The notes under the pieces were generated by a model, which did no database searches, was not told where the DNA came from, and saw only the letters and a list, made by a program, of their open reading frames with translations. A program made the position numbers and the translations under genes. A stretch of DNA of 64,000 bases, taken from Octopus vulgaris. Lineage: Eukaryota. The stretch is taken from the NCBI GenBank assembly GCA_951406725.2, contig OX597818.1, positions 25,358,001 through 25,422,000 of the forward strand, read 5' to 3'. Shown piece after piece: positions 15,161 to 27,702 of the stretch (its first letter is position 1; each line of letters begins with the position of its first letter).

Positions 15161-15225
15161 ATGGTTCCTGCCGACAATGGTTCAGCAGATAGCTATCTTG
15201 AAGTGATCAAAGAAAAAGTACGCAG
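15161..15225 (+). CDS. Candidate alternative first coding exon of the PSD/EFA6-like gene (MVPADNGSADSYLEVIKEKVR)
   Basis: ATG at 15161 with an in-frame upstream TGA at 15134, 21 codons plus AG, then donor CAG|GTAATA. The phase-2 end joins 38817 in frame (AG+A=Arg, then NDFS). Lies at the end of a CpG-enriched, repeat-free region. Confidence 0.55.
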
Positions 15226-17184
15226 GTAATAAACATGTCTGTTTTCCTTTGAAGTTTAGTTTCTGGTTTTCTGTTTGTTTTTAAGTTTTAATGTTGTTTA
15301 TTTTCCACACTATGTGTCATTTAGTTTTAACAATCTGACACTAAAACATTAACAGGTAGTAAAATACTCTCTTCTATAATTTTTATTAAAATATTTTGTT
15401 CAATTAAACTAATGCCTTTTAACATAGCTGTTTTCTAAAAATGATGTTGATACTTTCTTGCATAGGCACAAGGCTGATAATTTTAAAGAAAATAAGTTGG
15501 GACATCAATTTCTTAGGACATTTTCGGTATAATAATGAAGGCTTTGGTGACTGCAGCCTATAACTGGTTCTCTTTTCCCACGAGTGAAAGTAAAGACAAA
15601 TATAAAACTAAAATTTTGCATATACACGAATAAGCTTATGTAATGTTTTTGGCGGGATAGGCACAAGCGCTTCTACCTCTTTTTTTCTTCTTTTGCTAGC
15701 ACTGGGGTGGTGGTGGTATGTATAATCGATCACCTGCACAAATAATGGTAATCATAATTTCTTAGAATGATAAAACAGTCCATGTCTGTAGAGGGGGTGG
15801 GACAGTAATACATCGGGCGTACATACTTTTACAAAGGCCCGAGCTATGATACAGAATCAAATATTGATTTCTTTTAACCATATACAAGAGTAAGATTTCT
15901 CGGGAAGGGAGATATTAGATTATGGTGTTCATGCCTTTTTCCAAAAATATGTGTCGAATAGTTTTTATCTCGTTTTTAATACTAATATATATATGATAAA
16001 AATTAGACCAACAAGAATGCCCAGTCGCCAGTAGCTAAATTATTGTGAAAAGATAATTTATTAAATCTTTATTTACTTCCATGCGACTGCGACTAAAATA
16101 AGAAATTTGTTCCGGGAATATCACGAGTAATTTTTCTTTTACGTTAGTTTCATTGTTTTGTATTTGCTAAACTGGTGACTTAGTTGACGCGTCTTTCATA
16201 TTCGTATTCTTTAATATAATCGGAAACTAGATATATAGAAATTGGTTATTTAATTTTCGTTAATAAAAATCCTAGATCTCCTATTGGTTATTTATTTTTG
16301 GTTGACAAAAATTACGAATATCTGGATTAAATTTTTAGCAGTATTTAATTCGTCTCTCTAAGTTCTGGGTCCGATTATCAGCATGGTCGGGCTACCCTTC
16401 ATTTCTCGATATCAAAATAAAACGTGTATGCAAGTACCAGTAATAGACAGTAGTTTAGTCAAATTGCTCATACATTTTCTACTAAACTCAGCCTTGTCTC
16501 TAATAGAAACTGATTTTTATTTTTCTACCACTGAAGTAAAAGTATCTTCAAACATCTTATTCTTCAAAATTTCGGTAACTTAGCAGCTTCTGTTTTTAAA
16601 ACAATTAGTGTCTCCCTCTTTCCTTCCCTCTCCCTCCCTCGCTTTTGTTATTAGGTCTAACTACCGTCGATGAAATTTTATTTTTGAATATTCAAACTTG
16701 CATTGGTTCTGGCAGTCTTTTCGTAATGTTACTTGTTCAACATTAATACAGACGTCGAATGATTGCGATGTTTATGTTATTATTTGTTATTCAGTTTTTT
16801 ACTCCTACATGCTGTTATTAGCTTACTAAGCTGTATTGCAGAGCATTCACGAGCGATTAATATTATTTGCTGGTATTCACCCGAATATTCTAGAAGAAAC
16901 ATTTACATTACCATCACACCCTCCCTGTTGTTTACGATCAGTAAATCTGAGTTATTGTCTGAAATCGCCTAAGAGGTTCAAAAAGGAAAATTAGAATTCT
17001 TCCAACCAGGAAAGCATTCTTTGTACTCTTAACCTTATGCTTTCTTTTCTTTCTTTCTTTTTTTTTTTTTTTGGAGAATCATATAGGACTATTCTGAAGA
17101 CCGATTACAATATATATTCCAACTAGTTTTAGGAGTGGGAGAACTGTGGAAAAAACAAACTAACCGTTTCTGTCTTTCTCATAG

Positions 17185-17277
17185 TGTATCGCAATTGGTG
17201 AACAACGGCGTCGTTAGTTACAAGCCTCCAATGATCTAATCACTGGTTTACTTTATCTCTGACGACGAGAGTGACAA
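17185..17277 (+). other. Candidate 93-nt cassette exon with an in-frame stop (poison or UTR exon)
   Basis: Acceptor tttctgtctttctcatAG|17185 and donor CAA|GTAAGC. Length is a multiple of 3. All three frames contain stops; the PSD frame stops at TAA 17237. Confidence 0.4.
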
Positions 17278-17782
17278 GTAAGCATTTTTAACTTGGTACA
17301 GAAAATCTTGTGAGGTTTCGAAAGTCTCACTATATGCATTTCCGAGAAAAACATTTTAAAACATGTTAGTTGTATTTGTTAAGTCGTTCTGTCGTAATAA
17401 GATTCTGCACAGTTTCCATCTACCAAATTTAAGTCAAAAGCTATTGACCAGCCCAAGTCTATATTCGACACTTCCCCAGATGCCATACCTGTGTTTATCA
17501 CTTAACATTTTATTGCTTTCAGAGATCTGAATTCTGCTGTCCACATACTTTATAATGGGAACATACTCTTAGGATAAAATTGCCTCAGATCAAGTGTGCA
17601 CATCCCAATTCACTTTATACACATGAATATTTAAAACATTCATTTTCTCCACTTTTGAAAAGCCTTTAACATAAATTTGAAGACCCGTTTTGTAGCTCTT
17701 CCCTTTACTTTTGAGCCCTTCAACTTTTGTGAATTTATCTTAGTTAATTGAACTCACATACAGGGCATCTTATACCATCTAT

Positions 17783-18131
17783 CTTGTTTCAGTCATTAGA
17801 CTACAGCCAAGCTAAGGTACTGCCTTGAAGGGTTTTAGTCAAAGGAATTGATTCCAGTACTTATTTTTTAAGCCTGATACTATTCTGCCTGTCACTTTTT
17901 TGCTGAACCACTAAGTTTATGGGGGACACAAGCTAACATGAATTGTAAAGTGATGGTGATGGTGACGTACACACACATAGCTCCCCCCCCCTAATTTCTG
18001 CTGCTAAATCCACTCACAAGGGTTTGGTTGGCTTTGGCCTATAGAAGACACATGCCCAAGGTGCCATGCAGTAGGACCAGAACCATATGATTGGGAAGCA
18101 AACTTCATACCAGGCAGCCGTGCCTGTACCT
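17783..18131 (-). mobile_element. tRNA-derived SINE, CR1-tail type
   Basis: Colinear with the reverse complement of 58618-59008. Confidence 0.85.
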
Positions 18132-18231
18132 ATGCAGGAAAAAAAATGCCATCCCTCACCTGTTTCCAAGTACTACTTCCCCTTAGTTGTACACATTTTA
18201 TGCAGTTGATAGGAAATGAACACTTTTAGTG

Positions 18232-18453
18232 TGATGGTGATGCTTGTTTACAATTATCAGGTAATGTCAAAACAAGGACATGCTTACATACACAATGGGC
18301 TTCTTTCAGTTTCCATTTACCAAATCCACTCAGAAAACTTTGACATGGGGCTATAGTAGAAGACACTTGCCCTAGATACAACACAGTGGAACTGAACCTG
18401 AAACCAAGTGGTTTAGGAAGTGAATTTCTTAACCATACAACCATAACTGTGCT
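18232..18453 (-). mobile_element. tRNA-derived SINE 5' part, RTE-tail type
   Basis: Same head and core (ggcttctttcagtttcc...agaagacacttgccc...cttaaccatacaacc); the distal part resembles 27020-27065. Confidence 0.75.
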
Positions 18454-20876
18454 TATTCATACTATATCCCACAAAAATTCTATTTTCCATAAAAACATCA
18501 ATTAAAAAACCTTAATCTACATTTTTATTATTTACTATCTGTAGATATTAAACTATTTCTAATTTTTACACACTCTTTTGGGGTATATACATATCTATAG
18601 GCATTGTGTGCAGCTTTCTTCAAATTTTATATAAATCTTAAGAGATCTCAATAGACTCTAATTTCAGTAACTATCACTAAGTAGATAGAGCATTCATGGT
18701 GTGATATAAAATATAAATTATAATGTTGCAGGTTTTTTTTTCAAAGAAAGAGTATTTTACTGCTGTATGTATTTGAAAGATATTCACTTAATGGTATTTA
18801 GATTTTGATTGACTGAAGCAAACACTGCAATGTACTTTAAGCTTAGAAGCAAAATAGAAATCTGGTAGCAAGGTTGTATAACAGTTACGGCTAGTCTTAC
18901 TTTTTTTTAATCTTATTCTCATGTTAACATGGTCTGTCCTTTGCTCATCTCTAGTTTCTGTGTTCTTAAAACAGAATTCCAGTCTATAAAGATCATCTTT
19001 TCTTACCAAAGAAAAGTTATGAATTATTTGAAAGTTTGTATAACCACTGCTTACAATAGTGAATTACATTACCCAACTTACTTAAAGAGCTAGTTTTGAA
19101 AAAAATAAACGGTTGAGTAGATTGCTATTGGACTACTAGCCAAAAAAAACCTGAGATTGTTTTCTTGTGCATTTAGGCAATACACTAATTTCTATATGTC
19201 TCATCTCTCCTACCTATCAGAAATAGACACCAGATGCTCTGGCAATATTGCCCAAGATAGACTGATATTTACAGAGGGGATTATTTACTTCACACCAAGA
19301 AGCTGAAGTTATGTATCAACTGGAAAACACATTTTTGGGGAAGGTTTGAAACCTGTTTATTTTACTTAAAACTAGGTTCTCTGTTAAAGACAGTGATGGG
19401 ACCAAACAACAGACATTAGTTATTTGTCCTCTGCTAGCAATGCTTTCATTTGTGTGCATGGCATAAAAAGTTTCCCCCAAAATATTAAAGCCTTAAAAAA
19501 TCATAGACTTATGCAAAAATATGTATGAAAATAATGTGACTACCTGCCCCAAAAAGAAGTATAGTTTTCAGTGAGAGACTGTATTTTTAGATTAATGGCT
19601 AGGTTACTTTTATGTATATAAATGCACATTTCTTAGGTCTTTGATAGCCATTTTCTAATTTGTAATTTTTCTTTTGTACCATTATTGTTTTGATATTTGT
19701 AATATTTTTTATATCTTTTTAAGCAGAGGTAGTTCCCTCTAATTGTTAGAGTAGACGTTACCTAAATGACTCTTCTGTTCATAAACAGCTATGGCATAGA
19801 AGTTGGTTTTTTTCTTTCAGTTTAAATCAGTAAAATAATATGAATTTGATTTGTTTTAGGGCACATTATACAGTAGTTGTGAAGATAGTTATTGACAATG
19901 TATATATTGTAGTAGTTTAGAAGATTTGACAGTGTACACGTTATGGTAATTTTGAAGTTACTAGCAGTACACTTAATTCCAAATTTAAATTAGTCTACCT
20001 TCTCTACATCATTAATAAAATTCATCATTTGGGATGGACTTCTTCAATATTAGTGCTGGCATCCTTTCAGCTTCCCTCTCTCACTCCAAACATCTTCTGA
20101 GTTCATTCTTGTAGGAAATACTTATAATTAAAAGAAGTGGTTGCATCTGTATTTGTATTTTGGTTTCATAAAGCTTCCAGTTTTATAGCCACGCTCTCTA
20201 TTTGGCAGAATTTTTTGCACACACATAAGAAACACCATATATACCTGTTTATTGTTTTAAAAATCTTAAAGGTTATTTTCATTAAATTTTACCTTTTGCT
20301 TATTATGTTGGTTATATAAGCATGTTCTAACCTCCATAGCCTATAAACATTTATCATCAAATGCACTTCTAAATTGAAAACACCCTCTCATAATGTCAAA
20401 TGAATGAAAATAGTCAAATTTGACATTCCATGCCCATTTACTTACAATTCTTTTTGTTAGCTTTTCTTCTACAACAATTTTTGCTTTAATACTATTGTAA
20501 CTTTCTACTCCAATTAATTATTTTGCAACAATTTGTTTACTGTTCTATTTGTTCCAGTGATAATGATGACATTCAATGTTTCTACTAACCTTAATTTTGA
20601 CATACACAGTCAGTTACAACACTGGTATTTAAGTGAAGCATAGCATGAAAGGGTTTCATCATATATCAGTGATATGATTGTTAAAAAGAACAAAGATGTA
20701 AATAAGTGTTTGTTTTAAATGAACAACATTATGCAATATTCAAATTCTTTGCCAACATTTATGCGAAGAAAAAACTTAAAACAAGTTCTGGAGAATTCTT
20801 TAAAAGTCAAGGAAATCTCATGGAATTAATGATCAAATTTTCAATGAGAACTGTATAGTTATCATTCTCATATTAT

Positions 20877-20926
<50 letters not shown>

Positions 20927-20939
20927 ACTATGGTTCATG

Positions 20940-21150
20940 TAATTCTTTTGATATCAACCCACCTGAGACTGCCTCTTATGTGTTTTAAACTGATATAAAA
21001 TAAATCGTGCTATGAAAATTTTGTTAATCTATATTCCAAATATTAGCTTAATAATGACAAAGTTATTTGGCTATTTTCTTTATTATTTTTGAAATTAATT
21101 GAAATAAAGTCAGTGTATTTCAACAGAAATATGGTAACAAAAGGGCTAAC
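20940..21150. mobile_element. Decayed TTAA-type MITE
   Basis: Ends taattcttttgatatc ... ggtaacaaaagggctaa resemble the TIRs of 34311-34531. Confidence 0.5.
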
Positions 21151-21236
21151 TAAAAATTTTGTAGATAAAATGGCATTAAACATCATTAACATTACTTTAA
21201 GACAGAAAAGAAGTGATTATTCTTTTCTTTCAATTT

Positions 21237-21470
21237 CATCATCATCATTTAATGTTCCTTTTTTTATACTGATATGGGTTGGTCAGTATGACAGGAGCTG
21301 GTAAGGCCTGGAGCCACAGCAGGCTCCATTGTCTGTTTTTCCATGGTTTCTATAGCTGGATGCCCTTCTTAATGCCAACTACCTTACAGAGAGTACTGGG
21401 TGCTTTTTATTTGGCATCAGCACTGATAGTGTCACCAAGCAACTTGCAAGACAAAACTCCTTGACTGGGA
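21237..21470 (-). mobile_element. RTE LINE 3' UTR fragment
   Basis: catcatcatcatttaatg...tttctatagctggatgcccttcttaatgccaac, as at 50175-50340. Confidence 0.75.
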
Positions 21471-21969
21471 ATGGTTGGGATTTCTAACATAGTTTTAGTT
21501 AAATATTATTTTAAAATAAATGGAGTAAAATTTATTCAGTATTGTTCTTTTTATGTTGTATTTATAGCTGTTGGATTAATAATTTAGTGGCAAGTTTTAA
21601 TTTTGCCTCACAATTTTCATCTCACCTCACTAGGCACTATGGTGATAATAAAATTATTTATTCTTTACAAAATTGATTACCTTTCCAGAAATACAACGGG
21701 ATAATCCCAACTCAATCTAATTCTTGAAATTGATATAATTATTTGAAGATGTAACATCTAACTTATAATCATTCTCTCTAGTCATATATTATTACGATGT
21801 TTCTGTATCATTTCTTTTTCTATGTATTTAGTAGTTCGATAATCTTAGATTGTAAGGGCAATATTATCCGTACGCTACATCAATGCTTTATTGAAAGTTT
21901 GTATCCACTGTTCTTTATTTGTTATATTAGTTTATAAGAAGTGCTGTTTTTGAAATTTTTCTTATCAGT

Positions 21970-22174
21970 TTTTTATAAGTTCCTGGTTTTGGGTAAAAGA
22001 AAATACAGGAGAATCAATTATGATTTTATTCAACATATTCCCCTCTGATTCACACACTTGTTAAAGTGGTCCTTCGGTTTTTCTAAGTCCTATAAAAGAA
22101 CTTAGAAGGTTGAGCTTCCAAGTAGGCCTTTCACAATACCTTCAAAACCAGGAACTTTTCAGCACCTCCTTGTA
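21970..22174. mobile_element. Mariner-derived MITE
   Basis: Inverted aagttcctggttttg / caaaaccaggaactt, with a right terminus ttcagcacctccttgTA. Confidence 0.6.
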
Positions 22175-22986
22175 TAATATACATTTATCATTGGACTGTC
22201 ATCTGATGATGTCTTACCTGGCTGAAACTTTGAAGCGACTGTTAATACTATTCTTGCTAAAAAATTGAGTAATCCTGCAGTTGAATGTAAAACTGTTTTT
22301 ATTATTAAAAAAAAAAAACGTTTATATATAATATACACACAAGCATGCACACAATGTTATTTCATAACTTACATATATTTTCTGAATAGATTCAAATGAA
22401 TTGAAATCTATGATTTATATAAAGAGGACAGATATAATTGACGTGTATTGTATTTTTAGATTTTCCACACTATGGAATTTGAAGAATAATTGTTTTATTT
22501 TCTGATTTAATAGTGGCTGTTGTTTTGTTTTGTCACAAGATTGTAAGTAGAGAGGGAGGGAGAGAGAGAGACTGGGGGATAGCTTTTATAAATATCTCAT
22601 GAAAATGTGTTAAGGTATTGTTATTTCCTCTGTCATGGGGCTTTTAAAATTAATGGAGAATATGCAGCCTGTTGTTAAGCAGGCTGTGCATTATATTTAA
22701 GCAGTGTTATTTGTATATTGGGAGGTGGGATACTTAGGCTAGTTCTGACATAATGAAAGATGGTTAGCTGTCAACTAAGGTAGTGAAGAGAGTAAAGTAC
22801 TCTTAATAAGTAAATATAGTGGAATTAATAAAGGAATAATGAGACAAAGAAAATTTAGGTAAAATTGAGAGATTTCTTTAGAGTATCCCAAATTATTGAA
22901 TTTCATAAAAATGACACTGAGAAATGTTTAGAAAACTACAAATAGAAATATCTTATTTTGTGTGTGTGTGTGCGCACACACACATG

Positions 22987-23366
22987 CAATTTCTAATCTG
23001 AAATTCTGAAAGCTCTAAAAGTCTTCTCACAGAAGTCATCACAATAAAACTCATGTTTGGTGCCAAACATGATTGGATGCAAACTATGCTCAACCTATGA
23101 CAGTTGTGTCTCTACATCTTGGTTAGATATGCTTCTACCCTAAGTTTGTAAAAACATCCACATGCCCTCCTAGGCTAGACCTATGAATACACTGCAATGA
23201 GATTACTATTGGTTCAGAACTTGAGTTCAATGTATAATAGAAACATATAAATCTGAATTCGCGAGAACCACATCTTATAACCAAGAATACACCCTATGAA
23301 TATACTGAATGCCCATTGTCAAATTTCGAAAGTTGCCTGATCCTAAGAGTTTCAGATGAGAGATTG
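22987..23366. mobile_element. Tigger/pogo-like MITE (about 380 bp)
   Basis: Imperfect TIRs caatttctaatctgaaattct / agagtttcagatgagagattg. Confidence 0.55.
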
Positions 23367-24731
23367 TGTGTGTGTGAAGTTGCGATAGGGATATGTGTAT
23401 GATTAGTAGCTGCTAATTATCTAATGTATGTACTTATTCGAACAAATGAACAATACAATAGAATTTTCATAAGCTGATACTAAATTCTATAAATTAAGAT
23501 TAAACTTATTGTATTTCACTCTAAACATATCATTCACAATGTTGGTATTTCTAACATTTGGCATTGTCAGCAGCTATGGCATAGCTATAAGAGAATTAAA
23601 ATGGTTGCATGATTTTACAGCCATTGGTAAGATGCAATTCAAGTGGAAATTATTGAAAATACATAGCTAGTGTTGGTATTACTTTAGTATCACTGATTTT
23701 GATGGGTTTAGACTCTGATGGAAAGTAGCTATGTTAATACTTAAACCTATATAAGCAATTTCTCTGTACTAATTATAATCACTGAGAATAGTTTACAAAA
23801 CTTCTCTCAGAAATGAAAATTTTTTTTCTTTCTCTTAAAATTCAAACTATTGAAATTTTATCATTTGATAAGGTTGGACACTTATTTTCATGTAGTAAAT
23901 TTTCAATGAATTTTCTTCCTCTTTTGATTTGTAGTTGTAAATATTTTTGTTTGTTTTTTTGTTATTAAGCTTAGACTAGTCATGGACACCACAACTGAAA
24001 TGGTGATCACTGAATCAGGACTGAAAGAGGAGTAAAACAATCATTTCTATAATGTGCATTGACAGACAGCACTAACAACAAATGAGAATATCCTCATTAT
24101 CATAGTTTGTGACTTTAATGCAGTGTTTCTTATAGGGGAGGGTTGTGAGGGTTTCAAACATGCCTTGTGGTATTGTGTAGAAAGAAAAACATTGCGGATG
24201 CATATTCTTATTAATAAAGAGGATGTGTGGGATAATAAAAATTTCAATAATGCTTAGTGTGAAGTTAATATTTATCACTACTTTAATGGACTTGTCGAGC
24301 AACACCACAATGACTACTCCTGTATATACTCATGTGAAAACTATGAGCATGGCACAAGGAATTATATGAGATCAAGTCTGTTGGAGTTTTGTGATGCAAA
24401 TCATTTAACTATTTGCAACACCAGCATTAGAAACTATCCAGCCACAGATCAGAAGTTGGTTTTCTAAGCCAAATCTGTCAAAGATGTAGAGAAGAAATTT
24501 TAAAGGTGAAAGCAAAATTGAGAATTCAGACCCTCAAAGTAAATGTAGGAAATGAAAATGTTATAATGAACTAGGCAAAACCAGCACTCTCCTGTTATAT
24601 TAAGGAATGGCCATCTTGATATTCTGAAATAGAATCGGTAGAAATTCTTTATGATGTACCCAATGTAAAACTATGGATGCGCAAGAGGTGCAGTTAGAAC
24701 ACAGGTTTACTGATAAAGGCGGAAGACATGT

Positions 24732-25629
24732 TTGAGGTGGTATCAAGAAATTCCTGGACTAGCTCTGTATGCTGTCAACAGATGGGAGCACATAGTTGTG
24801 TGCACAGTGAGAGCTAGCAGTGATCTCCATGAGGTAGTGTGCCAAGTGACATTGTGTTTTCTTTGCAAGTTGTGAAGTTTGTGTTTTTGTGATCATGTTA
24901 TGCTGTAGTCTGTGATTTTGTCATGGGCAGGAACCAACATGAAATTTTGTGTTAAAGTTGGGAAATCTGCTACAGAGACATTGAACATGCTTCAGCAAGC
25001 TTATGGTGATGAGGCAATGGATCGTGTGCTATGTTTTGAGTGGCATGGATGCTTCAAAAGTGGAAGAACATCCCTTGACGATGATCAATCTGGAAGACCT
25101 TCCACAAGTGTCACCCCCGGAAATGTGGTGTTGTGCATTGATAATTCATCCTCCAGGGCCAGACCACCAATCAAGAGTTCTTCTGCGATGCTTTGAAGTG
25201 TTTGAGGGAGGGCATTCAGTGAAAGCAACCAGATCTGTGGAGTGCAAAGAATTGGATTCTCCATAATGACAATGCACCCTATCGCCGAGCTCTCCTCACT
25301 TGTGAGTTTCTCACCAAAAACAACATGGTATTGCTTCTCCACCCAGCTATGTTTAGCACTTATGGACTTCCATCTCTTCCTCAAGATGAAAATGCAGCTC
25401 AAAGGTCACCATTTTAACACCATTGTTGAGATCCAGAATGAATCACAAAAGATCCTTGACTTGCTTATAGAAAATGATATCCAGGTCAGATTCCAAAAGT
25501 GCCAGGAATGCTGGGACTGGTGTATTGCTGCACAAGGTGACAATTTCAAAGATGATGGTGTTAAAACTTAGATAAATATTATTTTTTATTAAAGATAACT
25601 ACCCTGGAACCTTTTGATATCACCTTGTA
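24732..25629 (+). mobile_element. Mariner DNA transposon, deleted and frameshifted, nested in an old RTE
   Basis: TIRs gaggtggtatcaagaaattcctgg / ccctggaaccttttgatatcaccttgTA. HTH segment MKFCVKVGKSATETLNMLQQAYG...SGRPSTS and C-terminal segment LALMDFHLFLKMKMQLKG. RTE-like sequence flanks it at 24340-24450 and 25660-25815. Confidence 0.9.
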
Positions 25630-25928
25630 TGTAAGAGTAAATGTGGAAATTTTTTAAATGGTTGGCAGGCTCCCTAAAAGTAGGTGTCAATCTCTATTGT
25701 GTAGGTGACCTAATTAGCAGTAGTAGATGTTGTTTCGAAAGCATAGTAGCTAGAGTAAGAATGGAGAAAATTTGAGCTATGATCTCTGATAGCAACAGAG
25801 ATTTCTCAAAGTTAAGAGAAGATTGTGTGCTGTTTGCATAATAGTAAAATACATACAGTTCTATATTTAAGAGATGAGGGATTATGTACATTATTTACAT
25901 TTGACGGATATTTGTCCTCATCTTCTTT

Positions 25929-25974
25929 GTTAACATGTTTCGGCTGATATACCCTCCAGCCTTCATCAGGTGTC
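25929..25974 (-). ncRNA. Minimal hammerhead ribozyme motif in pLTR copy 1 (3' side partly deleted)
   Basis: Minus strand reads gacac CTGATGA a ggctg gagggtatat cagcc GAAAC atgttaac: conserved core with a perfect 5-bp stem II. Confidence 0.7.
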
Positions 25975-26050
25975 TTGGGGAAATTACGAACCTGGGTTCT
26001 CATTCCTAAGGTACTTTTTGATGATGATGATGATGTTGTTGTTGTTGTTA

Positions 26051-26216
26051 TCTACTCGCAACACTAGAGGGCGCACACTCTCCTACCCTGATGTAATCTC
26101 TAGGGATACAGGCATCCAGCAATAGGACCTCTGTAATGCTATGATGGACCGTAAAGTCTGGTGTAGCATGGTAAATTCCATTGTCTCGACCACGGTCGAA
26201 CAATGATGATGATGAT
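26051..26216 (+). mobile_element. 5'-truncated RTE-group LINE 3' end (second family)
   Basis: Translates TRGRTLSYPDVISRDTGIQQ*DLCNAMMDRKVW...VEQ*, then a (TGA)n tail. Flanked on both sides by gatgatgttgttgttgt. Confidence 0.65.
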
Positions 26217-26706
26217 GTTGTTGTTGTCGGCGGTGGCATGTTATTAATACAGTTGACAATGGGAAAAGACAATCAGCTAGCATTCCTGGACGTATTAATA
26301 ATGTGCAGCAAGTATGGATTCAGGACATCTGTATACCACAAGCTGGCCTTCACTGGACAATACCTCAACTTCAACTCCCACCATCCATACAGTGTAAAGA
26401 GAGGGATTGCTCAGTGCCTAAAACATCGAGCAATGAATATAAGTAGCAATCGTGATACCCACCACAAAGTAATGATCTAGCTCAATAACAATCTATTAAG
26501 CAACAACTACCCCAAAAGCATACTCTCCACTCCAGTTATGAAGAAAAGAAAGGATGAAACTGATAAACTGTCCACAGTGGTTAAAAGCTTGAGCTACTGA
26601 CCCCAAGATTCCGAGTTTGATTCCAAGCAGTGACCTGAATAATAATAATAATAATAACATCGAAAAATACCTTAGGAATGCGAACCCAGGTTCAAAATTT
26701 CCACAA

Positions 26707-26752
26707 GACACCTGATGAAGGCTGGAGGGTATATCAATTGAAACATTGTGTT
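26707..26752 (+). ncRNA. Minimal hammerhead ribozyme motif in pLTR copy 2 (stem II mutated)
   Basis: gacac CTGATGA a ggctggagggtatatcaatt GAAAC att gtgtt; stem I acac/gtgt is intact. Confidence 0.6.
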
Positions 26753-26843
26753 AACAACAAAGATGAGGACAAATATCCGTCAAATGTAAATAATGAGCAA
26801 AATACATTTTATTTTTTTATATTTTTCAAATATATGTGTGTAT

Positions 26844-27250
26844 AGACACAGGTATAGCTATGTGTTTAAGGAGTTCACTTTCCAATAACATGCTTTTGAG
26901 TTCAGCCCTACTGCTTGGCAACTTGGATGCATGTCACCTACTATAATTCCAGGCTAAACAACGGCTTGTGTGTGGATGTGGTAGACAGAAGCTGAAAGAA
27001 GTCGGTCACCTGTATATATCTCCTCACCTTGACACCACATAATAGTTGTAAGTGAATGTCACTGTCATACAAGCAGTGTCTTTTGTTTCCAGTCTTCCAT
27101 GAAAACATGTCAGCTATGGAGGAATATTGCCTTGCTTGCAGACAGGTGAGGTTTAACAACAGGAAGGCCATCCAGCCATAGAAAATCTGCTTCAACAAAT
27201 TCCATTTGAGCCATGCAAGCATAGAACTGTGGATGTTAAAACAATGATGG
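26844..27250 (+). mobile_element. tRNA-derived SINE with RTE-type 3' tail
   Basis: Head and core as at 58618. Ends aggaaggccatccagccatagaaa...ccatgcaagcatagaactgtggatgttaaaacaatgatg, like the RTE terminus. Confidence 0.8.
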
Positions 27251-27279
27251 TATACATGACCAGATTTGTTTACATATTC

Positions 27280-27456
27280 TTTTAGTCATTTGACTGTGGC
27301 CATGATAGAACACTGCCTTGAAGGGATTTAGTTGAACCAATCTACCCCAGGACTATTTCTTAAACCTTGTACTACTTATTCTATCAAACTCTTTTGCCAA
27401 ACCACTAAGTTACAGAGACATAAGCACACCAACACCAGTTGTCAAGCAGCGATGGA

Positions 27457-27511
<55 letters not shown>

Positions 27512-27702
27512 CACACACACACACACACATACATACATACATATACACACACGACGGGCTTCTTTCAGTTTCCATCTACTAAATCCACTCTTTGGTTGGC
27601 CTGAGACTATAATGGTAGACACTTGCCAAAGGTACCACACAGTGGAACTGAACCTGGAACCATGTGGTTGGGAAGTAAACTTCTTACCACATAGCTACGC
27701 CT
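27280..27702 (-). mobile_element. tRNA-derived SINE, CR1-tail type, with an internal (TA)n(CA)n
   Basis: Colinear with the reverse complement of 58618-59008. Confidence 0.9.

Larger units (their letters stand above)
25868..26795 (+). mobile_element. Penelope-like element remnant with inverted pLTRs
   Basis: ORF at 26181-26480 contains LAFLDVLI...FRTSVYHK..FTGQYLNFNSHHPYSVKRGI...L.HRA, typical of the PLE RT C-terminal region. Segment ~25885-26020 is the reverse complement of ~26658-26795. Confidence 0.85.
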
